Translations under genes and position numbers: made by a program
Notes under the pieces: model-generated
The model's database searches: none
Seen by the model: only the letters and a program-made list of their open reading frames with translations
What the model was told of the DNA's origin: nothing
Assembly: GCA_030704615.1 (NCBI GenBank)
Contig: CM060733.1
Coordinates: 15,066,001 to 15,130,000, forward strand
Direction: 5' to 3'
Source of the DNA: Takakia lepidozioides
Lineage: Eukaryota > Plantae > Bryophyta
Length of the DNA stretch: 64,000 nt
Shown here: positions 1 to 12,757 of the stretch, in pieces
Numbering within the stretch: position 1 is the stretch's first letter
Layout of the letters: every line of letters starts with the position of its first letter

Positions 1-336
1 GAAAAAGGAGGCATCCATAGCTGCACTGTCACAAGTTATGATCCACCCCTTCGTTTTTTGGAGCTCACCTACCCCCTGCTTCAGCATTTAAAGGTCATCA
101 AACAGGATACGTGCGGTGTTACCACTGTGTAATGTGAGTGAGATTGTTGGAGAGACAGGTAGCTAATTCTGCATTCATCAGTCAATTCACTGAAATTGAA
201 CCTGTGCCTGTATACTGCAATGTACAGGGAAGCCACTGAGGACGTTCCTCAAGTGTATTGTGGGAGGCTGAGCCGGCAAAGTGATGACTGTGAGATAGCC
301 TTCCTCATCTGTTCACTATCTTTACCGCTAACGCAG

Positions 337-531
337 GATGTGATACCGATCATCTCCACATCCGATTCTGTGAAACCTTCACACGTACTATACTTACAAG
401 AACATTCCTTCTACAAGAACCATAAGTTACCTACTTCCTTCTCTGGAAACTGTGAAAGCACTATCTCTTTGTGGCGGCTCAAAGAGTTGCAGGAGTTGAG
501 CAGATGGACAGTATTTCTCGAAAACATGTAG
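337..531 (+). CDS. Probable terminal coding exon of an unidentified gene entering from the left edge
   Basis: Branch-point-like gctaac followed by a gcag acceptor at 333-336, then an open frame DVIPIISTSDSVKPSHVLYLQEHSFYKNHKLPTSFSGNCESTISLWRLKELQELSRWTVFLENM-stop. Positions 1-126 are also open (EKGGIHSCTVTSYDPPLRFLELTYPLL...). Family not recognised. Confidence 0.4.
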   Translation, partial: DVIPIISTSDSVKPSHVLYLQEHSFYKNHKLPTSFSGNCESTISLWRLKELQELSRWTVFLENM

Positions 532-1032
532 GTATAATCGTGCATTCAAGTTCTAAATGTCGTGGTCACAGGATATAAACTATTCTAGTTCTGCTTTGTG
601 TCACTTATTCGAAGTGTTGGGAAGTAAAGACATCTGCCAATTTACTGAGTGTACTGCTCAAAAGCCAACTGTTGAGGGGGAAGTTGACAGCTCAAGGAAC
701 ATATTGAAGGGTTAAACCAAGAGACACTCTGGGCACCTGACCACTGGGCTGCCTGCCCAAATGCGCTACCAAAACCTGATTTTGTGATACATCAAGAATA
801 TCTTGGCAGTTAGGCTGCCTGATAAGGAGCCCTTGACTGCTCTGGACACATTTTGGCTTCTCAATGCTATGCAGAGGTATCCGGTGACGAGTTTTCACGA
901 AAAGTTGATCTGGATTAGTGCGCTCTTTCCTCATAATAGACCACCAGTACACATAATAGTGGCAGGAGGTGCCCTATGAAAGTGATGGCTTTTATACCTA
1001 TGCAACAGGTCAACTACACAATTTTGCTTGGT

Positions 1033-4000
1033 TCATTTGTCCAGAGCTGGATGAGAGGGAGAAGTGGCAGCAGTACCCTCTTTAAGCTGCTTCTTTGTCC
1101 GAGCTACCATCTGATTGATGTTCATAATGTACCCATCTACATTGAACTTGCGTTTACAGCCTGCATAATTCATGTACCTAATCTTCCCGAAGACTGGGCG
1201 CTCCTTCCAGCCCTGGGCACCAAGAAACCCAACCAAACAAAGACTTCATTAGCAGTATGAAACCTGATTACATCTCTAAAATATACTCAAGAATCATTGA
1301 CTTTATTTACAACTCAAATGCAGTCCCCAATAAATATAAACAAACAACTGACTCATGCCTGATCATGGATGCCGCAAATGGACCACATGCAGCCGACATA
1401 GCCATTGGGATCCCTTCCATCCAATTCATACTGCATAAACAAGCATTAGAACCAGTCAGATAGAGTACAAGAGCGATCAGAATTACAGTTCCCGAAGAGC
1501 CCACTTCCATCACTATCACATGCATTTTGTCCCTGGGTAGGATAATGACACTAATGGAATCTCCAGAAGATTTGGATAGCATGTATGTACGAAACTTGAG
1601 GGAACTTTCAAACACTAAGATACCTTGTCATTGAGATAAATGGCTATGGCAAGTGCCTCCTCAGGACCAGTTGTCCACTCCAATATCTTTTTGGCCCAGT
1701 ACATTCTGCCGCAATCCATCCCCATTCCCCGTCAGTGCTGATTATACAGCTCAACTCCTGCTACCACAGCCAGAGTTTGATGTGAAATGGACAGAGATTT
1801 CTGTCTGGTCCGCACCCACCCTCTCCTGTTCTAACTCCCTTGCTACACTTCTCTTTCCATTGACCACAAGCTAATTCTGTATCCTGACTGTACATCTAGT
1901 AGAAAAATAAGGATCAGAAACGTTGCATTGTAAGACACTACCAATTTGAAAAGACACATATAGCAACCAGTCTTGAGCCAAGTCAACCCCTCAGCTCAAA
2001 AACATGGTAACTACACTGCTTTGTCACATCTACAAAAATACGGTGTCTTCCAACATATACACGTCTGTGTCTGTGTTAAGAATGTACTCATAAGATGTTG
2101 CTAACCGTAACCTTGTCTGTGTTAACAGAGCGAGAGACAGACAGAGAGAGATGTTTCCTCCCTTCCACACAAAAAGAAAGAATGTACTCATAAGACGTTG
2201 TTTGCCGTAACCTTGTGGCCATTGACCCCGCGCCCAGTTTGAGCGGAAAACACAAAAAGAAAGAGAGGTGTAACTGGTATATATTGATAATCTTTGTCCA
2301 ATACTCACCCAGACCCTCTTTCAAATATTAAAACACAAGTGCATGAATGACAGACCGCATGAAGCCGTGCATTTTTCCGTAGTAAACCATTTCCAGCTGC
2401 GCTGCATTCCACAACTGACCAACAAAAACCTAGTTAACAATCAGAATAGAGGGATCCAAAGTAGGTTGATGGATGTTGTGTTAGTCAAAGTAGAAGTCAA
2501 AAAAGATAATCCAAACTGAATTCAGTAATCCAAACTATATGCAAGCATTACTTCATCACTCTGGACAAACATAGCGTCTCTTCACTGGCAATGGACTGCA
2601 GTTGCACTTACTTCATCATGAGTCTTGCCCTTCTCAAGCTCCTCCCTCCTGCAATCACATGACACATCAGTCGATACCTACAAACCTCACCACAGGGTTC
2701 TCACCAAAGTCACATGGGTCTACTCAGCTTTGGCTACAGGGCTCAACACCTTAAGTTACTCATACCCAAAATCCTCTCATTTAACCAGCTCAAGCTATAT
2801 ACCAATCTGTTGTGACTGTGTGCAGGAGTCTCTGCCCCTTCTCCCCTTCTAGGCCAATGAGGGAGTGAAAGCAGTTCAGAGCAAGTCTATGAAAAATCAA
2901 ATCAGCTTGCCAAGACAGAGAACTTGATGACACACACAATAGAAGAAGCCTTGTCCACTCTGGCCGGATGAACAACCTGACCACTTCTCTATAAACCCAT
3001 CCAATTACAGTCACCACGTTCTGACTAGAGTGGTACTAGTACGTTTACTGTGAAAGACACAACAGGCTAGTTAAGTTCCTTTTCCTTGTTAAAACGTACC
3101 TGTATAAAAATTCACGTTTGTCACCTGCATGCAGCATTAGACTTTCCCGAGCCCAGTTCCAAGCACCCCTTATATTGTCATAGTTGGGCTGATGATAACA
3201 AAAATTCTCTGCTAAGCCTCCTCGAACAATCAACTCCTCCAAGAATGTATCGACAGCCTGCGAAGGGTAAAACCAGAGTGCAATTGAGTACCTAAATATC
3301 AACCAGTTTGGGTATAAATCGTAACTACCAAATCTAATCGCTTACTTGGTTTAGAGGACAAGGCAACTGGAGATAAGAAAACCCCCTAGCGATTTCCAAC
3401 AATTGACTAGCACCCTTTCAGTGCATGTTGAGAGAGCAAGGAATTCTGTGGGCCTACATAAGGTTCCTTGGCATTCCAAAGCTGTGATGGGTTTATTTCT
3501 AACTTGATTGAAGGATTAGACCAAATTCCTTGTCCGTTGAAATAAATGGTAAGATAGTCCTTACCTTTGGATGTACTTTCCGAAATTTACGAGCCTCAAG
3601 GGCACAGCGTTGTGCAGAAATGTGGCCATAGTGCAAGTAAGGGGAGAGGCCAGAAAGGCCAGAGGGTTTGGATGGGTCGTTTCGATTCTCGTAGTGTTTG
3701 ATGCGGCTGTAGACACAATCAACAAAACATGAAGTTGAGTGCATCCAGAAGAAATGCCCAAAAACTAGTAGCGTAGTAGCATACATGTGAATGTGAAAAA
3801 GACACGCTTAACCTTCCTTCAATAGTAACATTAGCAAAGAACCAAGAAGGATGAAGTGTTAAGTTCTTCAATTACAAGCACAGGTACAACTCAGATAGCA
3901 GGGAAAAAGATCAACCAACAACGAAACAACAGACCGGGACACAGCACTGACTTAGACAAATGAAAGCATGAAAGGTGGAACAATACTTGTTAACAAAGCC

Positions 4001-5851
4001 ATTAGTCTTGCCCATAAGGGCCTCCCTAGCTGCATTCTCGCCTGCCTCACACCAGCTTACCTCTGGAACCTCTGCACCCACCCTTCATTGTGCCAGCATA
4101 CCCAGACCTCGGTGTCAAGTGTCAACTCTCAGGTAGCAATTGGATATTTTTCTTTGCAAAACAATGGCTCAACCTTCACTATTTATAACATGAATAGAAA
4201 TCTGCAGCCCCGATTCCATCAGGATACAGCAAGAATGATCATAGAGGTGCAGGAGGAAAACACACCTCAGGACATCAGCAATGAGTGAGTCCCACATGAT
4301 AGTGGGAGGTACTTCAGCATCCCAAGGTTTTCCAGGATTTTCCAAGACTGGAAACTCAACAAGATACTCAGAAAGCTGTCTCTGAATTTTCGTCCGGATG
4401 GTCCGGGCGCCATACTCCAACTTGTCCGAGGCGCGCCACACAGGGACTACATTGTGAGCATCCACCTCAGTCACCTTAACTGAGGGATGCACATTCTTAC
4501 AAATGGCATCCCGCCACATCCGTCCAATTCGAAGAGAAGAGAAGTCCATGACTAGATCAGATGCATCACAGCGTTGGAGGAATTCGGGGATAGTTTCTTC
4601 TGCTTTACCCTGTAGAATGAGAGGCACTGTTTATACAAGGACTGACTTAATCTCATATGAATTTCCGTGGAAAAGGAGCCAATACCTCCAGTACTCATAT
4701 GTCTCACAATAGCAAAATGAATTGCAACTTATCACTGAGTAGGAAAGTAGCAACATGAAGAGATACGGACAGAGATGACAAGGCAGAGCCAAAGATGATG
4801 CAACTACAAAGAATGTTGAACTGGGCGGTGGTGAACAGAGTCCAGTCCAGTCCAGTGCACCAGTCAGTCAGCGAACCCTTCCTGGGCCATTTGTGAGATT
4901 TTCAAACAAGAGCGAAAAGAAAGAATATATACAGTATGCAGAGGGGGCCAGTACCCATGGGGGAGGGGGAGAGAGAGAGAGAAAGAGGATATACCCGAAA
5001 TAAGAAGAACGGTACATTAACTGCCTTCAAGTTGCGTTCCACTACTTGCAGGCCCCGCAACATAAACCCAAAATGACGTGCACGTGCCTCCAAGAAACTG
5101 TCCACCAAATTGAATACAACCGCCACCGAAGCTCCTTTCCGGCGAGCCTGCTCCACTGCGTAAAGCAGCGCCCAATTGTCTTGCGATCGCTGGTCTCTTG
5201 AGAGCCAATAAACTACTGGACCCTTTTTCCCCTCCTTGCCAGGCTTCAAAATGTTGATCCTACCTGCAGGGTTAGATGCAGTAGGCTTAGTTCAAAGTAC
5301 AAATCACACATTATGCAACTTTAGACCCTGTAGGTCTTCCATCATCTGCAGTGGAAACATAGGGGATGTAATGCATTCTTTTTCTAGTCTATGGAGACAA
5401 AAACACAGTTCTAGAACCTTAATGATTGCGACAGTAGCAGTAAACCCCTCACAGCTTCTTGACTGTAATTGGGCATACCTGGATGCACCTCTTTACTCGA
5501 CGACGAGACATTTTCCAATTCGTCAGGCTCTACATCATCCGCCCCTTTCAGCTTCTTGGTTTTCGACTCCCTGAAAGGTGGCGCTGCTTGCGCCTTTCTC
5601 TTGGGCGGCATCTTCCCCTCGTCGGTGCCAGCCTCCAAGCAACAATTGACGTAAGAAAACCCTACTACTTTGAAGCCACGGAAGCGGCTGGATGCCTTCA
5701 GATTCCACGAAACTTCACAGCAGTCACGGAAGGAGGGCCTGAATGCCAATAACGATGACCTGAGCAACTTGAAGCACGCTGCCTCAATGACGAAAAGCGA
5801 TGGCTTGCAACTAAACTGCCGTGGGAATGCACACTGCCCCAGCTTCAGCAT
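1033..5851 (-). CDS. PHR1: Class II CPD photolyase (PHR1/UVR2 orthologue), 11 coding exons
   Basis: Exons 5479-5611 (in-frame upstream ATG at 5851), 4995-5263, 4266-4609, 3987-4082, 3565-3706, 3100-3257, 2612-2648, 2356-2414, 1624-1705, 1359-1430 and 1033-1212 splice in phase. Motifs include [67 protein letters not shown] and [44 protein letters not shown]. Confidence 0.96.
2080..2113 (-). mobile_element. Ultra-short 5'-truncated LINE 3' end (copy A2) in a photolyase intron
   Basis: Minus strand reads aggttacggttagcaacatcttatgagtacattc. Flanked by the direct repeat tgtctgtgttaa at 2068-2079 and 2114-2125. Confidence 0.75.
2182..2249 (-). mobile_element. 5'-truncated LINE 3' end (copy A1) in a photolyase intron
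   Basis: Minus strand reads ttccgctcaaactgggcgcggggtcaatggccacaaggttacggcaaacaacgtcttatgagtacat. Perfect 15-bp TSD acacaaaaagaaaga at 2167-2181 and 2250-2264. Confidence 0.85.
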
Positions 5852-6102
5852 AAAAAAAAACTCACACTCCCTTCCCCTGCTTCCAGCTCCAAAGCTACTC
5901 CAATTACCAAGAACCCCAAGAACAAAAACACAATGTCAATGTCAACACCACAAGCACGACCTTCACAGCGTTCCTGCAACAGATCGTGGCCCCAACGTTC
6001 AAACTGCTCTCAGGAATTGCAGCGTTCATGAGAGAGAGACAAAGACTCGGAGACGATGGAAGAGTTCCCGCCATTATCTTGCAGTGACCACTTGGCAGGA
6101 TA

Positions 6103-6111
6103 TGACGTGGC
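6103..6111. promoter_or_regulatory. ACGT-core C/G-box (TGACGTGGC) in the divergent PHR1/TGD3 intergenic region
   Basis: Motif lies about 250 bp upstream of the first photolyase ATG, and a G-box acacgtgt lies near 6399. These are bZIP/HY5-type sites by established consensus. Function untested. Confidence 0.35.
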
Positions 6112-7086
6112 AGCCTGCGGGCCAAGACCTCGGCTCCGATCTAGACTCAGGTGCGGCGTGTGGGCTTGGTAGTTAGGTTTGGGGTTGTAACAGAGTCCCG
6201 TGAGAATCCTTAATAGAGTCTCGTAGATGCTAAAACAGATTCATACGTAGGCTCTCTAATGTATTCCTATGTAGATGCTCGACGGGAACCTTGGCGTCCA
6301 GACGGATGAGTAGGAGTTCATTCATCCGATACCAAACCGAAAGTAATACTGGTGGCAAATGGCCATGGGTGTTCCGGCGCGCAGCTACTGTTTACCTGAC
6401 ACGTGTCAAATGGGTGACAGGACAGAGAGGAGAGAGAGAGAGAGAGAGAGAGAGACGATGGAAGAATTGTTTGTGAGTAGCTGGCTGCAGGCCTTGATCA
6501 GATGCGTTGATTGATCGTTGTTGCTGTACCTAGATGCTGTTTGATTGTGCATTGTGCGGGGCATGAAGAAGGTAGGCTATTTCTGAGAAACAGGAAGACT
6601 GGCAGACAGGTTCAGCAGGGGTGAAGGACTAGTCGAGCAAGAATGTGTGAGTCACAAGGGGTTTGAAGAGTCGAGGACTGCACACACAGGCGAAGCTACG
6701 GTTGTAAAGATTGAAGAAACTGCGTGGGGATTTGAGAGGAATTTTCAGTTGGCGATGGCTCAGATTCAGAACCTGTTTTAGAAGGTTTTGAAGGGACAAG
6801 GACATTCAGCCGAAGACGGCGTAGGAGAAGAAGAAGGGGAACATTAGTCGTGGAGTTTTCGGAGGGTTTATCTGCATCGTGCAGTGTTGACTGCTAGCAG
6901 AATCAAAGCTAGTATTGAGACCTAATTTGAGAGGACGTTTCCCTTGAGGGAGCATGTGTTGAGGGAGGGTTCTCGATGGCGCTAAAAAATCCGTTTGCAG
7001 TGCACATTTTGAGTCTCAATTGATCTTTGAGCATTTATACCCTATTCGGTTGGTAATAATCTTTGGATTGTGTGTGGACGAAAGAG

Positions 7087-10000
7087 ATGACGGTACCGAC
7101 TTACACTTCTCCGTCTCTTGCAGCTGCTTCCTCGTTAGCGCTACGGTCACCAATGTCATTGTCTTCTCCCCTAACCGCCTCACACTCCACTTCCAATATC
7201 AGTGCCAGCCTTCCCCCGGGCCTGCCGCAGATCATTTGGGATAGACATAAATCTGAAGTTAGCAGATTGTTTTCACTACCATCTGTATCGAGATACGCGC
7301 AGGTTCTGGATCGCCAATACAATGTCGGCTTGGTGCATGAACGGGAGATAGCTCCCATGCATGTGATGTCTGCCTCTTCTTCAGCGTCACAAGCATGCGT
7401 TTCATCGTTGCAGGATGACTCCTCGTCCATGCTTGTAAATGTTAGTCTTTTTCCTCTCGTTTTGTGTTTCTCCAGTTGTGTCTGAAATCTTGTCCACATA
7501 ATTCGTACTCGTGTGTAAATAGTCCTCTTTCTTCTCTCTTCTCGTCATACCTTTCTGCTAGGGCTCATAGGTTTCATTGTGGCATGCACAGTCAAATAAA
7601 CACAGGTATGCAGTGCGGCAGAATTGTCCCTTCCCTTCCCTTCCCCTGAGTTGGGGCTGATTCCGAATTTTAGCTACTTCAAGCCTTCAGCTACCCTTGT
7701 GACTGGAAAAAAGAACAGTCTTTATATTTGCATAAAATAGCTCAATCTAATGAGTTCACCAACAACCGCAAGCTCGACATCTTCAAGGTCCTGATGCACA
7801 GTCACAATTTTCTTCAATGTAGAAACAGGCTGGTGGCAAGGGGAGGCTCTGCAATCACTAAAACTATAACTTCACATCCCTGTGTTTTCGGAAGACTCAT
7901 GGTGTATGAAATTATGTGCTATTATGGTAGATTTTTTTTTTTGCTTCAATGCCCCATGTGGTGTCATCTGCCGGTTGTCTCATATTGTGGTTGGTACTTT
8001 AGGGGATTACAATCATGATTATTACGAGGTTACGGAGCAGATGCAAACCTCCTTTCATGTCTGTATGAACCTATACCTTCCTCAGTAGGACTACTCAGAG
8101 GACCGCGCACAATGAATCGAGAGAAAGAGGCCAATTTTATGAAAGCCATTTGTTGACACGCATATCCTGTGAATGGGACTGGGAGGGCAGCATCACTCGT
8201 CTGTGGATGTTGGGGATGTTGCTCCACCCCAAGCAGCGGCTGTGGAGGAGGATGATGCTGATGTACTCATTGAATGTCGTAATGTTTACAAATCATTCGG
8301 GGAGAAACATATTCTCAGGGGTATTAGCTTCAAGGTAAAAACATTCCCTTGCCATTGGTCAAATTTGCAGGACTTGCCTCATTCTCCCTCTCTCTCTCTC
8401 TCTCTCTCTCTGTTGTTCACTTTTATTCACTTTCTGATTCATGGTCCTGGGTACTCTTACCAGAGATGCCCTCTTCAAATCCTTCAAGGGATTTGTTCCT
8501 GTACGTATGTTTACCAACTTTGAAAATGTTGAGGCTGAGCCAAAAGCCCAGGCCCTTTCGGGGCCTAGTTATTGGGCAAATCACACACAGCAGATTGATG
8601 CTTGTGTAAAGGGAGTTCTAGAGGATATTGTCTGTTCCAAGGTAAGTAATGCTACCGGCGTCAGCCCCTGACAAGGATAGTTTCTGTCCCTTTGTGTTCC
8701 GCTCAAACTGGGCACGAGGTCAATGGCCACAGGACTACGGCCAACAACGTCTTATGAGTACATTCTTTCTCTCTGTCTGGTGTCGAAACTGGGCAGGGGG
8801 GTCTATGGCAAACAAAGTCTTATGAGTACATTCTGTGGTGGAGCGGATGGCTCATTGTTAGATGGTTCTGGGGCTGGGTTTGGGAGTGCGATTGAAAAGA
8901 ACAGATAAGACGTGGTGAGGCATTGGGAATCATAGGTCCCTCAGGCACAGGCAAGTCTACGATTCTGCGGATCATGGCCGGCCTGCTTGCTCCAGATAAG
9001 GTAAAAGGATTGTTATAGTTCTTGGTGAGTTGAGGTGACCCACCAGGAGAAATAAAGCCTCACTGTGATTTGTGAGTCTAGGTTATCCGACTCCTGACTG
9101 CGCTTCTACTGGTCTGCCACTTCCACCGCACCCCCCTTGGGCTCCTTTGGCAGTCAAGAATACCCATGCAACAATCTCCCCTACATCATAGCTCATGTAC
9201 ACTGCTGAAACGCTTTATTGGACAAAAACTTGAGTGGTATTGATGTCTGTAAAAAAGCAGCTCCCTTAGAGTGGCCAATGTCGTTGGACCAATTTGTTAT
9301 TCCCCTATGTCTGAATTCAGAGTTTTTCATTTTGTAAGCTTCCCTTGCTTATCTGAAGTGATGATAGGACCTTGGATATATTCAAGATTTCATATTTGAT
9401 CCTAATATATGCCTCTGAATGGGGATGGGCACTTTCAAAGCCATCTTAAAGCCTCTGACCGATGTTTTAATTTGAAACGGTGCAGGGTGAGGTTTATATC
9501 TGTGGGAAAAAGAGGCACGGCCTAATTAGTGATGAGGAGCTTTCCGGTCTTCGAGTTGGTTTGGTGAGTTGGATTGTTCAATCCTGTGCTGCAGACACAC
9601 TCACTCTGACAAAATGGGGTTGATGTGCTGTGGGTGTTGCTGTACTCTCAACTAGACCCTGAAATGACATCATTTGAACTTTCACCTGACTGCTGATAGC
9701 TATGGCCAATTTCTACAGCCACTTTCGAATCTGGCGATGAGGTCTCAAGTTTATGGAACCTGAAGTATTCATGAGGCTACGGCTGGGGCATGACTGGATG
9801 GTGGCAGGTGTTCCAGAGTGCGGCGCTCTTTGACTCACTAACTGTCCGTGAGAATGTCGGTTTCATGCTGTATGCACCTCTCTTTCAGTTTCGATCCTTT
9901 CCCCTTGCATTTCTTCATGCATGATGTCTGGACACATCATCACATAGTAATTGACCTGCAGTTTTGTAGTGTTCACTATGCATCCTCTTAGAAATTATAG

Positions 10001-12757
10001 GCCCCTAAGTGGCACACTAAGATTGTGAAGCTTTGCATACTTTTGAGGTACTCTGGTCCCAGCTTTCGTACAATGTGGCTATGGTAGATTATCAACTCAT
10101 CTGAATTCTGATTGTTTACTGTACACAGTTGTCAGTCGGTTTGCTTTAGGAACCCGAAGTTGATCCCCAGATTTTAGCTGTTTTGCTGTAGCTGCTGCTT
10201 TGTCTCAAGAACATGTAATTGTTTTCATCATGCAACCAATGACACCCACATTCTTCTTTCCGATATCTAGGGATGAGAATTTACCTGAAATGATTGGGTG
10301 CAGATACGAGCATTCCAACCTTTCCCATGAGAGAATAGCAGAGCTTGTCCGGGAGAGCTTAGCGGCTGTGGGCTTGAAGGTTTGAATTGTCTTCCCCTTC
10401 ATTCAGCTTTCCCACTATTGTTTCATAATAGCATGGTCGTCAGTGGGATGACAACATCAACTCCTTTGTTACCTCGATGAGCCTAAAGAGTGCCGGACAA
10501 GCAGGCACCCACTCTGAATGCCTATCTCCATGGGGTCGAACTGCAGTCCGTGCCAGGGTGATACAATGCGATCCTAGTGTTTGAGTCTCTTTAAGGCTCT
10601 ATGTAATATGAGCTACTTATGATTGCTCTAATTGTCAGTAATGTCCATTCATTGCTTTCGCAATACTGTCAGGGCATGTGGTCGTAGGCACCCTTTGATA
10701 TGGTAACCTGAATTCTTTTTTGTAGTGTTTTAACCATAAACATAAATTTTCAGGCCTACAAAGTGATTTGGACCCACATTTAGTTTTGTGCTATCTCCCC
10801 TAAGGTAGTTTTGGTGTCCTTTCCTCAGTATTCCTTTGGGTATTGTTCCACTCTGTTGTTAAGACGGTTTGGTTGTTTCACCTCGTGACAGGGAGTTGAG
10901 GAGCGAATGCCATCAGAGTTGTCAGGTGGCATGAAGAAGAGGGTGGCCTTGGCTCGCGCCATCATTTCCGATGAGAGACGTGGTGAAACAGAACAGGAGG
11001 TCCGTTGCCTCTTTTGTTTGTTCACCTCCGTGGGTATAGGTTTCCTCCATCTCCTTGAAAGGGTGGCTGCTCAAAAGTTTCCAACTGTTTTTAACTGTAT
11101 TGTGCTGCCATGCAGTTGTAGCAGTTTGGGCTCGGGAGATGGCTTTCCATCACCAGATCACTTGAATCCCTTCCCGTGGGATACTGAACCCTTCTGAGCC
11201 AGTTGTGGGTTTAATCTGCCATAGTAGGAGAGAGGTATACACCAAGTTCATTACATGCGTGAACTGAGTCGAGTTATTTGAGTGCAGGTTGTTATGTATG
11301 ATGAGCCTACAGCAGGACTGGACCCGATCGCGTCAACGGTGGTGGAGGATCTGATCCGATCAGTGCATGTCAATGGCCATGATGCTCAGGGCAAGCCTGG
11401 GACTATTGCTTCTTACGTTGTTGTCACCCACCAACACAGCACCATTCGCCGTGCTGTAGATAGGTGAGCACTTCGTGAACTTTTTGGTCTGCCTTTCTGT
11501 TTGCTTTGTCTTTACAAAGTGGGAACAAAATCTTTTGGGCTCCAGTGGAATCTTTATTCTTTGTTCATTAAACCTTATCATCCGACGGTAGTCCATAGAT
11601 TTTTCTAAAAATCATGGAAACTTCTGTCAACAGTCTGAAATCACCGAGTCCTTAGGAGAATGAGTCAAGTACTTGGAAAAAGGCCCAGCTGAAGTGTTAA
11701 TCTCTTAAAAGTCTGGCATGAACTGAAAGGAACTTGCAATGTTCTATCCTAACTTTTAAAGGAAACTCCACATGCGGAAACTACAGAAAATGCTAGACAA
11801 TCAGTGTAGAAATTTTTGGAAAAAGAGAGTGCAAATTTGCCCACCACTTGTACCGACCACTTGTGAGGGTAGGCCAATCCATGCGAAAGAAAGTTTTGGG
11901 GGCCATTGATTGAACTCTTGACCTCGTTTGACAAGTCATTGGAATTGAGCAGGGTATTGTTTCTGTATGAGGGGAAAGTAGTGTGGGAAGGCCCGACACC
12001 CGAGTTTGACACCTCCACAAATGCAATCGTTCGACAGGTGATGTGGAAGCTGCACTTGATTTGCAGTCAATGTGGTTTCACTGTTTAAGATTACGAGGTG
12101 CCTCTCAAGGATGATGGTGCTAAAGTGGGCATAATCCCGTCCACTGCCTTCTCCATTAGTAGTGAAGATGAATAGGGATACACCTCCAGATAGGCATGCC
12201 TTCAAACAGGCTTTTTATGGTGCATGGAGACCCAAAGTAGCTTGGGTCTTACAGGACTGCTGCATACTCACTTTGAAACTTCCAACCCTATGCTTGCTTG
12301 CGGGGTCCCCTTCTCCAGAAATTGCTGGAACGTAGACTTTGGAAGAGTTGGGACCAGGCACAATCCATAATAGTATTCAACTGGCTAAAGCTAAAAAAGC
12401 TTTCATAATGATAAGGCAAGAGTCGTGGAAGAATTTGTGACATAACCTGCTTTTATAATTCTCTTGTGTATCAAGTGCTCAACAGGAGGAAGGAAAACTG
12501 ACAAAATACATCATAGGTTGGTGTTGGCCATGGGAAAGGGTTAACATGGGAGCTTGCTCTTGGCCTTGTAGATCAAAGAACCCACAGCCAGTGAGATGAA
12601 TTGATATGTGGGTGAGGGGAGGTGATGGAATTCACATGCGGGAGGATTGAGAAAAGATTTTTACTTTTGTATGTGGCTGCCTAATCATGATGACTGATGG
12701 ATGTTCTTTCACATGCAGTTCGCCGATGGGAGTTTGAATGGACCAATTCAATATTGA
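7087..12757 (+). CDS. TGD3: Plastid ABC ATPase TRIGALACTOSYLDIACYLGLYCEROL 3 (ABCI13)
   Basis: Ser-rich transit-peptide-like exon from 7087 (donor uncertain: 7302, 7434 or 7440), then exons 8191-8334, 8905-9000 (Walker [10 protein letters not shown]), 9486-9563, 9808-9869 ([17 protein letters not shown]), 10304-10379, 10892-10999 ([15 protein letters not shown]), 11288-11463 ([14 protein letters not shown]...[16 protein letters not shown]), 11953-12037 and 12719-12757 ([12 protein letters not shown]-stop). Confidence 0.93.
8411..8766 (+). mobile_element. 5'-truncated LINE 3' end (copy B1) in a TGD3 intron
   Basis: Starts at the end of a (CT)n tract. Homologous to 55185-55477 and 2182-2249. 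Encodes degenerate [54 protein letters not shown] and ends gtcttatgagtacattct. Confidence 0.8.
8787..8834 (+). mobile_element. Short diverged LINE 3' end (copy B2) directly behind B1
   Basis: aaactgggcagggggg-tctatggcaaacaaagtcttatgagtacattct, with the same terminus as the other copies. Any TSD is degenerate. Confidence 0.65.

Noticed and set aside
8700-8770. Hammerhead ribozyme or snoRNA reading of the intronic repeat (cttatgag resembles CUGAUGA)
   Set aside because: The core is mismatched, there is no GAAA or stem arrangement and no C/D box pair. TSDs, 5' truncation and coding remnants fit a LINE end better.
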